The notes: generated by a model from the sequence alone, not told the origin. Counted from the stretch's first letter, positions 41,401-51,781 are shown. The stretch: DNA of 64,000 nucleotides from an uncultured Bacteroidales bacterium (GCA_945833885.1 CAMAFY010000003.1:49057-113056), one strand, 5' to 3'. Numbers and translations are program-made.

Positions 41401-42436
41401 TGGCAGTCTTGCCACTTTCTCCGGACATGTCTGTGTCGATGACACATTCAATGAGTGCGATGAAGGCTTCACGGGAACGGTAACTGCAACGATTTACGAT
41501 TCGGAGGAGACGGTTACCTGCAAGAACAACGATGGTGAGGACATCCAACCCTACGTCTTTACGGAGCGTTCCAAGAAGATTTTCCAGGGAACCTCTGCGG
41601 CTGAGAAGGGAAGGTTCCGTTTCGTGCTCACCATTCCACGTGACATTTCCTATTCCGAGAGCGCTGGCCGCATCAATCTCTATGCTGTCAATACCGACAA
41701 GAGCCGCGAATACCATGGCTATTCCGAGACTTTCTGTCTCAATGGTACGTCCATCAGCGAGGTCGACACCATTCCTCCCACGGTATATCTCTATGTCAAC
41801 AGCATCGAGAACCCCGACTATGTCATCACAGACGAGAATCCTATCCTCATAGCCGACATATATGACAAGAGCGGAATCAACAATGCCGGTATTGCTCTTG
41901 GGCATGACATCGAACTGACCCTTGATGATGATTATGCCAACTACATCAATCTCAAGCCATACTTCAACTATGATGCCGGCAGTTATCAGAAGGGACAGAT
42001 CGTATATCCCCTTTCTGGCATAAGCCGGGGCACGCATAAGGCATCGATCCGTGTGTGGGATGTCAACAACAACTACACTGTCACCGATACCCATTTCATT
42101 GTACGTTCCGACTACAATACCGGAATGACGACCGACGGTTATATCACTTCCACGCAGAATCCTGCGTCCAGCGTCACCAATCTCATCACCTATTTCCCGG
42201 AAAATGCGGAAGAACCCGGTCTCGTTGTCTATGAAGTCTACGACACACGCGGACGAATCGTCTACAAACAGAGCGTCAGTGTCGAGGCATCAGCGCGTTC
42301 CTCCATCCATCAGTGGGACCTTTGTGGCAACAACCACCAACCTCTTCCCGATGGCCTCTACTTTTATCGTGCCGTTATCAGCAGTGCCAATGGCCGATTT
42401 GAGACCGATGCGCAGAAAATCATCATTTCCCGTTGA
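38486..42436 (+). CDS. porU: T9SS sortase PorU (C25 gingipain-like)
   Basis: SVLAEGKWAKI, YNEFSSGTPD, TDDFFGFLDDGEG, YSGHG (His), ASC (Cys), GHDIEL; upstream of porV. Confidence 0.93.
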   Translation: MLSRILNPGVFALSVAMLPMVVCADEAVRVQSATVQGGITADSCFVHIDSNYYSVSEESLPRFYHEVEVGEPCSAGYDVEIRYPEYQKLSGKELKAVRRLQKLGEVASDVEVAQDGIVLLPEKVSTGGLHLDTQLSISRKQGYLGISFSPVVLHEGQWKRILSCQIAVKPRGASVSQRAVAAVAADAEERWAEKSVLAEGKWAKIRVSQEGIYQLTESDIQKMGFSSLDKVKVYGYGGLIQNEVFTFPVVDERLNQNRTPDDLVEVPTLTTSDGRRLFWAEGTLYYKWNSSTQRYTHVQNPYSNYSYYFITEGDSPASVQQLSEVSLDETDVIMTDVPYVTVYEKDAYSWYQGGRNMFDSHDFSTNSLFSYRLATPGLSTSGNKTVEVRMGASSSSDVTPFNVNLNGSKLGTFSVNRYDPTIGVAKAELFTFNRVTTLQGEGSNTFQFSAQTNHSARLDYIRINYQRTLSLSEQPYSFSPQKSGTVALQIQNANATTHVWRIGQYGSPTAEVPSTLASDGMLTAVTSTAARRFVCFDESLSYASPEYVGSVANQNLHGSENVDYVIIVPASGKLVSQAERLLSLHKERRGLTGCVVRADELYNEFSSGTPDANAYRRFLKMLYDRADNVEKVMPRYCLLMGKASWDNRLITSLTSKYNAEDLLLSYEYDASNVEVGTIYSICTDDFFGFLDDGEGGDVSQNKLDIALGRMTCLTEDDAKCLVDKVESYMNNTVVGNWKNTVVMLGDNGNGNGHMQDAESAAKVIAQANPSIDIQRVYWDRYARTSSATGFTYPQATERIHQLMSDGALVFNYSGHGSPNSISKSQVLQTKDFRQSYSSMPLWVLASCEIFPFDSEEESLAETSLYLPGSGSIAFICATRAVYAISNTVLNRSVSSLLFTPNADGTYNTMGEALQKSKIQMIESSTEKTINKAKYVFFGDPALHLSFPTGRLVLDSINGKSIQDIDTLVVLPAGSLATFSGHVCVDDTFNECDEGFTGTVTATIYDSEETVTCKNNDGEDIQPYVFTERSKKIFQGTSAAEKGRFRFVLTIPRDISYSESAGRINLYAVNTDKSREYHGYSETFCLNGTSISEVDTIPPTVYLYVNSIENPDYVITDENPILIADIYDKSGINNAGIALGHDIELTLDDDYANYINLKPYFNYDAGSYQKGQIVYPLSGISRGTHKASIRVWDVNNNYTVTDTHFIVRSDYNTGMTTDGYITSTQNPASSVTNLITYFPENAEEPGLVVYEVYDTRGRIVYKQSVSVEASARSSIHQWDLCGNNHQPLPDGLYFYRAVISSANGRFETDAQKIIISR

Positions 42437-42468
42437 ACAGGACATAGTATAGACTCTACCAAATAGCA

Positions 42469-43647
42469 ATGAAAAACTACAAGATATATTCCCTTCTCCT
42501 CAGCCTTGCCGGTCTTTCTGCTGTGCAAAATGCCATGGCTGAGGATGATACGCGCGACCAATTCAATCCCGTACAGACGGCTGTCGTCTCGCAATCCATT
42601 GCATCCGATGCCCGTTCTGCCGGTATGGGTGATATCGGAGCCGCCACTGAACCGGATGTCTATTCCCAGGCTTGGAACCCGGCGAAGTATCCTTTTACCA
42701 TCTCCCGTGCGGGCTTTGCTTTGAGTTATACGCCGTGGCTGCGTTATCTTACCGATGGTATCGCCTTGATCAACGCCGCCGGCTATTACCGTCTTGGAGA
42801 TTATCAGGCCCTTTCGGCGTCTGTCCGCTACTTTACCCTTGGAGATGTCACCGTTTCCGGCTCAGATTACACCGTGAACCCCTACGAATTCGGCATCGAC
42901 CTCGCCTATTCCCGTATGCTTTCCGAGCGTTTCTCCGCCGCTGTAGCGCTGAGATACATGTATTCTGACCTTTCCGGACACTACGATGACAACACAACTC
43001 CCGGCTCTGCTTTCGCTGCCGACATCGCTTTGTATTGGAATAATTACATGTTCATCGGCAGACGCGAATGCAATCTTGCGTGGGGTCTGAACATTTCCAA
43101 CATTGGTTCGAAGATAAACTACGGCTCCGATTACAGTTATTACATACCTACTAACCTTCGTTTGGGTATCAATCTCAGTATTCCCCTCAACGAATACAAC
43201 CGTTTTAGCGTGAGTGCCGAGGCCAATAAACTGCTTGTTCCGTCAATGCCTCTCCAGAATGCCGACGAGACGAACGAGGATTATCAGGAGCGTCTCCGCG
43301 AGGACTACTACGATAAGTCGTCCATTTCGGGAATTTTCACATCATTCTCCGACTCCGAACGCGGTTTCAAAGGTGAGATGGAGGAAATCCAGTGGTCCCT
43401 TGGTGCGGAATATGTCTACAATGAGAAGTTCTTTCTCCGCGCAGGTTACCACAATGAGTCAGAAATGCAGGGCAATCGTTGCTATGCCACCTTCGGTGCC
43501 GGATTCAAACTCAACGTACTTGCCGTCGACGCTTCCTACTGTTGCGCCACCACGGCTGGCAATCCCCTTGACCAAACCCTGCGTGTGTCGCTCGCTTTTG
43601 ACTTCGATGGCATTCAGGAACTCGTAGGCCGCCGCCGCGGTCGTTGA
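42469..43647 (+). CDS. porV: T9SS outer-membrane shuttle PorV
   Basis: SIASDARSAGMGD, WNPAKY, SYTPWL, NIGSKI and NPLDQTLR motifs. Confidence 0.95.
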   Translation: MKNYKIYSLLLSLAGLSAVQNAMAEDDTRDQFNPVQTAVVSQSIASDARSAGMGDIGAATEPDVYSQAWNPAKYPFTISRAGFALSYTPWLRYLTDGIALINAAGYYRLGDYQALSASVRYFTLGDVTVSGSDYTVNPYEFGIDLAYSRMLSERFSAAVALRYMYSDLSGHYDDNTTPGSAFAADIALYWNNYMFIGRRECNLAWGLNISNIGSKINYGSDYSYYIPTNLRLGINLSIPLNEYNRFSVSAEANKLLVPSMPLQNADETNEDYQERLREDYYDKSSISGIFTSFSDSERGFKGEMEEIQWSLGAEYVYNEKFFLRAGYHNESEMQGNRCYATFGAGFKLNVLAVDASYCCATTAGNPLDQTLRVSLAFDFDGIQELVGRRRGR

Positions 43648-43720
43648 GGAAACCTGTCCGCGATTTCTGCTCTTGGAGGTGGAAACACCGGCATCCCGCG
43701 TCGCATCCCCTGTTTTTTTG

Positions 43721-43765
43721 ACGTTTTCGATAAGCCATAGCGAGAAAACGAAGGATGAAATTCAA
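43721..43765 (+). repeat. Dispersed hairpin repeat, copy E (internally deleted)
   Basis: acgttttcgataagcca|tagcgagaaaacgaaggatgaaattcaa; the inner arm is missing between the two GCCA words. Confidence 0.75.
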
Positions 43766-43843
43766 GGTCGCTGCTCACAGGTCCTGAAGGCTTCAGCGGC
43801 AGCACACATCCTTCGAAACGAATCTTTTAGCATAGGATTAACC

Positions 43844-44329
43844 ATGATGACACCAATCCGTGTGGGCATGGGCTTCGATGTCCATCGCCTTGTTGCCGAC
43901 CGTCAACTGTGGTTGGGCGGTATCCTCATTCCGCATACCCATGGACTTTTAGGACATAGCGATGCTGATGTCCTCATCCATGCCATCTGCGATGCCCTGC
44001 TCGGGGCTGCCAATATGCGCGATATCGGCTATCATTTTCCTGATACCAGCGCCGATTTCGCCGGCATCGACAGCAAGATTCTGCTGAAGAAGACCGTAGA
44101 AATCATTGCTTCGAAAGGATGGCGTGTCGGTAATGTCGATTGTACGGTCTGTGCCGAACGTCCGAAACTCAATCCTCACATTCCTCAAATGCAGCAAACG
44201 TTGGCACCGTTGATGGACGTCAATGTCGACGCTGTAAGCATCAAGGCCACGACCACCGAGAAACTGGGCTTCACAGGTCGGCAGGAAGGCATTTCAGCCT
44301 ATGCAACGGCATTGATTTTCAAGGGTTGA
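43844..44329 (+). CDS. ispF: 2-C-methyl-D-erythritol 2,4-cyclodiphosphate synthase
   Basis: RVGMGFDVH, GHSDADV, DIGYHFPD and KATTTEKLGF motifs. Confidence 0.97.
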   Translation: MMTPIRVGMGFDVHRLVADRQLWLGGILIPHTHGLLGHSDADVLIHAICDALLGAANMRDIGYHFPDTSADFAGIDSKILLKKTVEIIASKGWRVGNVDCTVCAERPKLNPHIPQMQQTLAPLMDVNVDAVSIKATTTEKLGFTGRQEGISAYATALIFKG

Positions 44330-44347
44330 CAAGCCTGTAACAGTTGG

Positions 44348-44399
44348 GCGGGGAGTCTGGGAGGCCGCAGAGGTCCGTCTCAGTCTCCCCGCTTTTTTT
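44348..44399 (+). terminator. Rho-independent terminator
   Basis: gcggggagtctgggag...ctcagtctccccgc followed by T7. Confidence 0.7.
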
Positions 44400-44488
44400 C
44401 ATCATCAGGTCGTGCTGGTGGTCAAGTTCTTCTATAAACATTGTAAAAAACATTTGGCGGAGCCTGCCAGAAGTGCAGATAAAACATC

Positions 44489-45352
44489 ATGATAGTACGC
44501 ATAACATCCCTACATACTCCGGGAGTTGAGGTGTTCAGCACCCTTACCGAGAGCCAACTTCGCAATCGTCTGGAGCCGGAGCGCGGCATTTTCATCGTAG
44601 AAAGCCCTAAAGTCATCCGTGTCGCGCTCTCTGCCGGTTACGAACCTCAGGCCCTTCTCTGCGAAGAACGGCACATCGAGGGCGACGCCGCCGACATTGT
44701 CGCCGCCCTTCCTGACGATGTACCCGTCTATACCGGCAGTCGTGAAATTCTTGCCAGTCTTACGGGCTACACACTTACGCGCGGTGTGCTTTGTGCCATG
44801 CGCCGTCCGGAGGCCACTCCCCGTCTTTATGCCTCTACCGGTGGGACTGCGCCCCTGCAAACGCTGCTTGCCGATGCCCATAGGGTGGTGGTTATCCACG
44901 GTGTGGTGGACACTACAAACATCGGTGCCATCTTTCGTTCTGCCGCGGCCCTTGGAATCGATGCCGTTCTGCTGACCCCCGACTCCTGCGACCCGCTCAA
45001 TCGTCGGGCTGTCCGCGTGAGTATGGGCAGCGTCTTCCTCGTTCCCTGGACCTTCCTGCCGTTGTCCGAAGCCGGAAGTACGCTCCGGCCTCTCCACGAT
45101 ATGGGTTTCTCCACCGCCGCCATGGCGCTTTCCGACGACAGCATCCCCCTTTCCGACCCGCGTCTGCGGCAAGTGGAGCGCCTTGCCCTCATTATGGGCA
45201 CCGAGGGCGACGGACTTCCCCTTGATACCATCCGCGAAGCCACCTATGTGGTGCGCATTCCCATGCACCATCAGGTCGATTCGCTCAATGTCGCTGCCGC
45301 TTCCGCTGTTGCCTTTTGGGAACTCCGCGACAGGGAAAGGCTGGGAGGATAG
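44489..45352 (+). CDS. TrmH/SpoU-family RNA methyltransferase
   Basis: NIGAIFRSA, RVSMGS, MGTEGDGL and IPM...DSLNVAAA motifs. Confidence 0.92.
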   Translation: MIVRITSLHTPGVEVFSTLTESQLRNRLEPERGIFIVESPKVIRVALSAGYEPQALLCEERHIEGDAADIVAALPDDVPVYTGSREILASLTGYTLTRGVLCAMRRPEATPRLYASTGGTAPLQTLLADAHRVVVIHGVVDTTNIGAIFRSAAALGIDAVLLTPDSCDPLNRRAVRVSMGSVFLVPWTFLPLSEAGSTLRPLHDMGFSTAAMALSDDSIPLSDPRLRQVERLALIMGTEGDGLPLDTIREATYVVRIPMHHQVDSLNVAAASAVAFWELRDRERLGG

Positions 45353-45777
45353 ACGGTAACGTCCGTTCTTTTCCATGCTATTTCCGCCGTTCCGGACCGC
45401 CTTTCTCCGTCATCCTCCTAAAAAGTTTTGCAGGTTATGCCCGTCCGTGTGGAAATGAAATGGTCCGCCATGCGCAAACGTATGCGTGAACCCTTGGAGT
45501 TCAGTCTGCCCGTATGCGGGAAAACTGCGTCAAATGCACGTCTTTTGCTAAGTTCCATAAAATGTTTTTAGGACTTCCACATGGCTTTTCAACCGGAAAG
45601 AGTGCGGAGGAAGGTGAATAACTGACCACGGAATCACGCTGAAACTTGACGCTTGCAATTTCGTGGAACATGTTTTCCATCCGTATTTTATTGCCATATA
45701 GGAGGTAAATGCCCGTTGTTCAGGGTGTTTACCTCCTATCTTTTTTCTACGCGTATGTGCGCGGTCAAACCGGGCTG

Positions 45778-45874
45778 CTGATGCCGCTTGGAGAAAGTGC
45801 GGAGAAATCGTATGAGAAGTGCGGAACTTTCCAACGGAAACCTCCGATGTCTCTTATGCAAAGTGCCGTGCTTT
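45778..45874. repeat. 22-bp-period array of the 15-bp motif (4 units) with CTGATGCCGCTTGGA flank
   Basis: Units at 45794, 45816 (gaagtgcggaacttt), 45838 (aaacctccgatgtct) and 45860; 15-bp flank identical to 28083-28097. Confidence 0.8.
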
Positions 45875-46043
45875 TTCTTCCCGTTTTCCGATGCCGTTTC
45901 CCGTCTTCCCACCATCGTCAGGACAGGACGTCGAAGGTCCGTAGAATGAGGATTTGCCAACCTTTACAGAAACTTCATCATTTCGTTGTCTTTTTGAAAA
46001 CACCCCGCTGTAAATTTGCCGGCGAAACCAACACTTTAAGACA

Positions 46044-48875
46044 ATGAACACAAACCGTAAGATGCTGAGCATCATGCTCTGGGCCTCAACGGCAGCCGTA
46101 GGAATGGCGGCCGTCAATGAATCTCACGTCCCCGAAACGCCCGACAAATCCTCTACCGTCATGGAGGGAATCGTCAGTGGTCAGGTGACGGACGTCGACC
46201 ATAATGCACTGCCCGGTGCGATGGTGCAGATTGAAAGTCTGCATACAACAGTCTCCACCGATGGGAACGGATTCTATAAACTTGTGCATCTGAAGCCCGG
46301 AACCTACACGCTTAAAATTTCCTACGTCGGCTATGCCCCTATCTATAAGGAGGTGAAGGTGACGGATGACATGGTGGTCGTCGCCGATTTCACGCTGACC
46401 GACGGCATCGTTCTCGATGAAGCCCTTGTGCATGGTGCGTTCAGCGGCCAGCGACGTGCCCTGCAACAGCAGCGGGGAGCCATGGGAGTGATGAATGTGG
46501 TTTCCGCAGATCAGGTCGGAAAATTCCCCGATTCCAACATTGGTGACGCGCTGAAGCGCATCAATGGCATCAATGTCCAGTATGACCAGGGTGAGGCTCG
46601 TTTCGGTCAAATCCGAGGAACGAGTGCTGACCTGACGGCGGTGACCATCAACGGAAACCGCCTTCCCTCGGCCGAAGGCGATACCCGCAATGTCCAACTT
46701 GACCTGATTCCCGCCGACATGATCCAGACTATCGAGGTCAGCAAGGTGCTGACGGCCGACATGGATGGCGATGCCATCGGAGGTTCCATCAATCTTGTGA
46801 CGAAGAATACGCCGTTCCGACGCATCCTTAATTTCAATGGTGGCGTCGGATACACTTGGGTCAGCGGCAAGCCACAGTGGAATGTCGGCGGAACTTACGG
46901 CGACCGCTTCTGTAATGGACGGCTCGGTCTGATGGCAAGTGCCTCATATCAGTATGCGCCCGGCGGTTCGGACAATGTGGAATACGAGTATGTGGAGAAA
47001 AAAGGTGAAATCCTGTTGAAGGAAGCGCAGGTCCGCCAGTATTATGTCACCCGCGAACGTCAGAGTTATTCCTTGGCCGCCGACTATCGTTTCACCCCTC
47101 TTCACAGCATCTCCTTCAAAGGAATCTACAATCATCGTAACGATTGGGAGAACCGATACCGCATCAGTTACAAAAAATTGAACAGCGATGCCGGGAGCCA
47201 AAGCATAGTGCTTCAGACCAAGGCCGGCGCGGACAATCATAAGAGTGCGCGCCTTGAACGCCAGCAGACCATGGACTTTACCCTTAGCGGAGAGCATCAG
47301 TTCGGACGCCTTGCCTTGGATTGGGCATCAAGTTATTCCAGGGCTTCGGAGAAGCGTCCCAACGAGCGTTATATCGGACTGAAACTCAAAGGCAGCGAGG
47401 GCCTGGACTTTTCAGAGACTTTCCGCAACGTCGGTACAGAGCCTTACAGCACCTTTGCCATCCCTTCGTTTGAAGATGCGAAATGGAAGATTGATGAATT
47501 TACGAATTCTGACCAGAAGATTTGCGAGAACGAGTGGAAGGAACGCATCAATTTCACCCTGCCGATGATGGACGGAAGGTTTGGAAACACCCTCAAATTC
47601 GGCTACAAATATACCCGCAAGGACAAGGAACGCCAGACGGCTTATTTCGACTATTCCGATGCCATTGACAAATATGTCCCCGATTGGCAGGGACATGTCG
47701 TTTACGAAGTCCGCGATGGTTTCATGCCAGGTGCTGAATTTCCCATCGCAACTCCCTTTGTAGACAAGGATTATCTTGGCACTATCCGTTTCAACCGCGC
47801 CGATGGTAGCGAAGTCTTCGAGGAAGAAGCCGGAAATTATCAGGCAACGGAGCAGATACATGCGGGATTTCTGCGCTTCGACCAGAAGTTTGGCAGGAAT
47901 TTCGACGCCACAATCGGACTGCGCGTCGAGAATACCCGCCTCCTGACCTCAGGTGTCAACTATATGATTGACGAGGAAGAGCAGGAAAGCCTTACTCCTA
48001 CGGGAGAATACTGCCACAATTATACCGACGTACTTCCGAGCCTACTGTTGAAATACACCCTTTCTGACAAAGGAAATCTCCGCACCAGCGTCACGCGTTC
48101 ATTGGCGCGTCCGAAGTATTCGGCGCTCATTGCCAACAAATCGTTCAACATTGTCGACCAGGAAGCCACCATTGGCGACCCTTCCATCCTTCCTACAACG
48201 GCATGGAACATCGATGTTTCCGCCGACTATTACTTCAAGAGTGTCGGAATGGTAAGCCTCGGATGGTTCTATAAGGACGTGAAAAACGTCAATGTAGAGA
48301 CGCTCGGTTACTACACCGGTGAGGAACTTGGACTGAAAGGGAACGGAGAATTGTTTGAGGTTACTCAAAATCTGAATGCCTATGATGCCCGGGTTATGGG
48401 CGTGGAGGTGGCATATCAGCGCGATTTCGGCTTCATTTCCCCCCAACTTCGTTGCCTCGGTCTTTATGGAACCTACACATTCACCCATTCCACAACGCGG
48501 AATTTCAACGAAAGATTGGGCATCGAGGAGGGAGACGACGTGAAAATGGCTGGTTCACCTGAGCATACTGCCAATGCTTCCATCTTCTTTGAGAAGAGCG
48601 GAATCAATGTCCGCCTGTCCTATAACTTCGCTTCCGCCTTCATAGATATGATGAATACCGGCAGTCGGGAACTGGACCGTTATTACGACCATACCCATTA
48701 TCTCGACCTCAATGCCTCGTATACTTGGGGTAAGAAAACCAAGTTCACCGTCTTCGGCGAGGCTAACAACCTGCTCAATCAGCCGCTCCGCTACTATCAG
48801 GGGCGCGAGGAACGCACGATGCAGGCCGAATATTATGGTATGAAAATCAACTTTGGTTTGAAGGTGAACCTCTGA
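46044..48875 (+). CDS. TonB-dependent receptor (non-SusC type)
   Basis: N-terminal carboxypeptidase-regulatory-like domain, plug GKFPDSNIGDALKRI...DAIGGSINL, beta-barrel ending GLKVNL. Confidence 0.92.
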   Translation: MNTNRKMLSIMLWASTAAVGMAAVNESHVPETPDKSSTVMEGIVSGQVTDVDHNALPGAMVQIESLHTTVSTDGNGFYKLVHLKPGTYTLKISYVGYAPIYKEVKVTDDMVVVADFTLTDGIVLDEALVHGAFSGQRRALQQQRGAMGVMNVVSADQVGKFPDSNIGDALKRINGINVQYDQGEARFGQIRGTSADLTAVTINGNRLPSAEGDTRNVQLDLIPADMIQTIEVSKVLTADMDGDAIGGSINLVTKNTPFRRILNFNGGVGYTWVSGKPQWNVGGTYGDRFCNGRLGLMASASYQYAPGGSDNVEYEYVEKKGEILLKEAQVRQYYVTRERQSYSLAADYRFTPLHSISFKGIYNHRNDWENRYRISYKKLNSDAGSQSIVLQTKAGADNHKSARLERQQTMDFTLSGEHQFGRLALDWASSYSRASEKRPNERYIGLKLKGSEGLDFSETFRNVGTEPYSTFAIPSFEDAKWKIDEFTNSDQKICENEWKERINFTLPMMDGRFGNTLKFGYKYTRKDKERQTAYFDYSDAIDKYVPDWQGHVVYEVRDGFMPGAEFPIATPFVDKDYLGTIRFNRADGSEVFEEEAGNYQATEQIHAGFLRFDQKFGRNFDATIGLRVENTRLLTSGVNYMIDEEEQESLTPTGEYCHNYTDVLPSLLLKYTLSDKGNLRTSVTRSLARPKYSALIANKSFNIVDQEATIGDPSILPTTAWNIDVSADYYFKSVGMVSLGWFYKDVKNVNVETLGYYTGEELGLKGNGELFEVTQNLNAYDARVMGVEVAYQRDFGFISPQLRCLGLYGTYTFTHSTTRNFNERLGIEEGDDVKMAGSPEHTANASIFFEKSGINVRLSYNFASAFIDMMNTGSRELDRYYDHTHYLDLNASYTWGKKTKFTVFGEANNLLNQPLRYYQGREERTMQAEYYGMKINFGLKVNL

Positions 48876-48954
48876 AAGAAAACGGAATATTTTGAAAAAA
48901 ATGCGGAACGATGGGGCTGTCGCGCTCCAACGTTCCCCCAAAACAGCATAATTT

Positions 48955-49905
48955 ATGCGAAGAATACACTTGATTTTTGCCTTGCTGTTTACCTGCATGG
49001 CCACACTTGCTGCGCAGACTGCGGCAGAATGGAAGACGTTGAAATCGGATATCAACCTGTTTCTGGCAAACGATTTGGGACGAAACGGCTATTATGACCA
49101 ACGCAAGATTGCGGACCTTATGGGAATAATGGCGGAGACCATCGGTCCGGAAGCCGTGATTGCCATTGGCGACGTGCATCATTTCGATGGCGTGGCATCG
49201 GTCTCCGACCCGCTGTGGTCCAGCAATTATGAGCAGATCTACACCCATCCCGAACTGATGTTTCCATGGATGGCGGTACTCGGAAACCATGAGTATCGGG
49301 GAAATACCCAGGCTGTTCTCGACTATTCGCAGGTCAGCCGGCGTTGGCGTATGCCGGAACGCTACTATACCCACGTGTTTTCCGATGAGGATGACGGCGT
49401 AAGTTTGCGTCTGGTGTTTGTAGACACTACGCCACTCATTGAATCCTACCATACGGATTCCCGCTATCCGGATGTCGCTTTTCAGGACGTCGAGCGGCAG
49501 TTGGCTTGGATGGACAGTGTGTTGACACAGGCCTCTGAGGACTGGGTCGTCGTGGTCGGACATCATCCTGTCTATGCTGAGACGGGTAAAGATGTGGCGG
49601 AACAGGAGGCGTTGCAGCGGAAACTTATGCCCATCATGCAGCGTTCGGGCAAGGTGAAGGCTTACGTTTGCGGCCATATCCACAATTTTCAGCATATCCG
49701 TGCCGCGGACGATGACATCGTATATGTGGTGAATTCTGCAGGAGCCCTCTCCAGAAAGGTGAAACCCATTACGGACCGTCCGTACCTGTCTACGCTATTT
49801 GCGTCGGATGCCACAGGTTTTTCCGTACTCTCCGCCAGTCATGACCGTCTGGTTCTTTCCATGATTGATGCCGAGGGTCGTGTCATTCACAGCATTGACC
49901 TTTAG
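48955..49905 (+). CDS. Secreted metallophosphoesterase (purple/tartrate-resistant acid phosphatase-like)
   Basis: DLG, GDVH, GNHE, GHHP and GHIH motifs; signal peptide. Confidence 0.9.
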   Translation: MRRIHLIFALLFTCMATLAAQTAAEWKTLKSDINLFLANDLGRNGYYDQRKIADLMGIMAETIGPEAVIAIGDVHHFDGVASVSDPLWSSNYEQIYTHPELMFPWMAVLGNHEYRGNTQAVLDYSQVSRRWRMPERYYTHVFSDEDDGVSLRLVFVDTTPLIESYHTDSRYPDVAFQDVERQLAWMDSVLTQASEDWVVVVGHHPVYAETGKDVAEQEALQRKLMPIMQRSGKVKAYVCGHIHNFQHIRAADDDIVYVVNSAGALSRKVKPITDRPYLSTLFASDATGFSVLSASHDRLVLSMIDAEGRVIHSIDL

Positions 49906-49996
49906 TCATCTTCAAGGAAAATCTGTAAGGTCCCCCCGTGATGCTGGAGGATTTCATACCTTCTTGCTGCATCACCGGTAGACGTCAGACGATAAG

Positions 49997-50034
49997 GAAA
50001 CGACCGGATTCCAAACAAGGGATCCGGTCGTTTC
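49997..50034. terminator. Stem-loop between convergent genes
   Basis: gaaacgaccggat...atccggtcgtttc. Confidence 0.65.
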
Positions 50035-50270
50035 GGGTATGATGTGGAAAGGCTTTAGCAACAGTTCTCGTTTTCACGAAGGAAAAATAGAGCCATAGCC
50101 GTATATGTTGAGGATTGTCGTGGGAGAAACCGCCTCAAAATTTCGCTGCAAGCGGATGGGAGGACGGCGCTTCATACCGTAAGTATGGCAAACAGGGCAT
50201 CGGACCACGGGTGTTGTGGCCTGATGCCCTGAGATTATTGGAAATCGTGAAGGGGAAATACGATGGAATA

Positions 50271-50963
50271 CTACCTGCCTCGCTGCATGATGATTTCGTA
50301 GAAACAGGCATAGACACCGTTCGAGGCGTAGGTGTGACCCTCGGTGCTGGGTACAATCAGACGGATTTTCGCCACCTCGGAATCGGCGGAATACTGGCGT
50401 CCGAGTTTGACAAAGGGGAGGGCAATGGTCCATCCTCCGGGCACACTTGACGTACTATAGGCGGAAAGCATCAGTCCCGAGGAGAAAGATGCGCTGAAAG
50501 TTCCGCTGTTGTTTGTGACATTCATGATGTCCGGCATCTGCTCATAAGCCGCCACACGGTTGCTGAGTTGCAGCGAATCGGAGGAGATGTTGTATTCGTG
50601 GAACCGGCATACCACCTGTGCGCTTTCGCCGTCCTTAATGCGTTCGCCGGAACCTTGGCGTACAATCTGCATATAAACGCCGGATCCGGAGAAGAGGACG
50701 TACTCGTTATCTGCCACATTTGTGGTGGAGTCCTGTGCGTAGAATTGCTCCTCGGATATTTCTTTTATGGGGTCGATATGTAGGATTTCGGTAACGTCGT
50801 CTTCGGCTGTTACGATACAGCCCTTCTTGACAAATGCCGCGATGGCTTTGTTCTCTGCATCGCGAAGTTCGGCGTAGGTTTCGTCATCGTCGCACGAGAT
50901 GGTCAGTTGAAGGGCGGTAATGGAGGCGAAAAGTATCAGAAATGCGTTGAGATAGTGTTTCAT
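50271..50963 (-). CDS. DUF4827-family lipoprotein (FKBP-like fold)
   Basis: ISCDDDETYAE lipobox; SGVYMQIV, VPGGW and RLIVPS segments. Confidence 0.75.
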   Translation of the reverse strand: MKHYLNAFLILFASITALQLTISCDDDETYAELRDAENKAIAAFVKKGCIVTAEDDVTEILHIDPIKEISEEQFYAQDSTTNVADNEYVLFSGSGVYMQIVRQGSGERIKDGESAQVVCRFHEYNISSDSLQLSNRVAAYEQMPDIMNVTNNSGTFSASFSSGLMLSAYSTSSVPGGWTIALPFVKLGRQYSADSEVAKIRLIVPSTEGHTYASNGVYACFYEIIMQRGR

Positions 50964-51205
50964 TTGTTTTCTGTGGAGTTTGGTTTTTTTGTGGTGTTTT
51001 CCGCATGGCATGGAAGAAAGCGGGCGCTGTTGGAGTGGCGCTATCCCCAGGTATGCAATGCGTCGGACGTGGCAAAATTACGTTTTTTCAGTGGAATATG
51101 TGGGAAAGTGCGGCCTTTTTTCACGCCATACATACAAAAATGACAGGAAACCTTCACATATAAGCGTCAAAAAAGCGGTAAAAAGGCGCCTTTACCCTGT
51201 CATAC

Positions 51206-51237
51206 TTTGCGGCAGTCAGCAGTTTTTTGTACTTTTG
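51206..51237 (+). promoter_or_regulatory. Bacteroidetes sigma-A promoter (-33 TTTG / -7 TACTTTTG)
   Basis: TTTG at 51206-51209, 20-nt spacer, TACTTTTG at 51230-51237. Confidence 0.65.
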
Positions 51238-51322
51238 CACCCAGTTTTGATACGTCTATCCCGTTGAAAGGGATGAGAAAAATCAAGTTTTTGAGAACAT
51301 ACCTATAATATATCAGACAAGT

Positions 51323-51781
51323 ATGCATAAAATCTTTCCGACACTTTTGTTGGCGATACTCATGATGGGTGCTGTTCTTCCCGTCTCCGGACGTGGCAAG
51401 AAAGAGGCCAAGGACAGTAATAAACCGACCCAGATAGTGTACGTCTACGGCGTTTCACAGGACCTTGGTGACACCATCGTTTACTTTTCCTCCATCACAC
51501 CTGTGGCAGGAGCGACGCTGAAAGCCCATAATGAACTTGAAAACCGTCTCTACTATAGTGAACAGTTCAAGAAATATATCGAGGCAAAGTACGGAAGTCC
51601 CCGCCAGACAGTAGCGGTGGTTTACGGCAGAAAACTGAAGGATGTGGAAAAGCGCTTCAAGAAAATGGAGGAGAAAATCCGCAAGAAGTCGCCTTATCCT
51701 CCAACATTGAAGTATGTGCGTCCTGAGGATTTCCATTTCAAGGTTCCCGTAATCGTGCAGGCTGAGGACGACAATTTCTGA
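51323..51781 (+). CDS. Hypothetical secreted protein
   Basis: 152 aa with signal peptide and AT-rich upstream context. Confidence 0.75.
   Translation: MHKIFPTLLLAILMMGAVLPVSGRGKKEAKDSNKPTQIVYVYGVSQDLGDTIVYFSSITPVAGATLKAHNELENRLYYSEQFKKYIEAKYGSPRQTVAVVYGRKLKDVEKRFKKMEEKIRKKSPYPPTLKYVRPEDFHFKVPVIVQAEDDNF

Noticed and set aside
38486-44329. porU-porV-ispF cluster as a novel system
   Set aside because: Well-known conserved Bacteroidetes T9SS arrangement.
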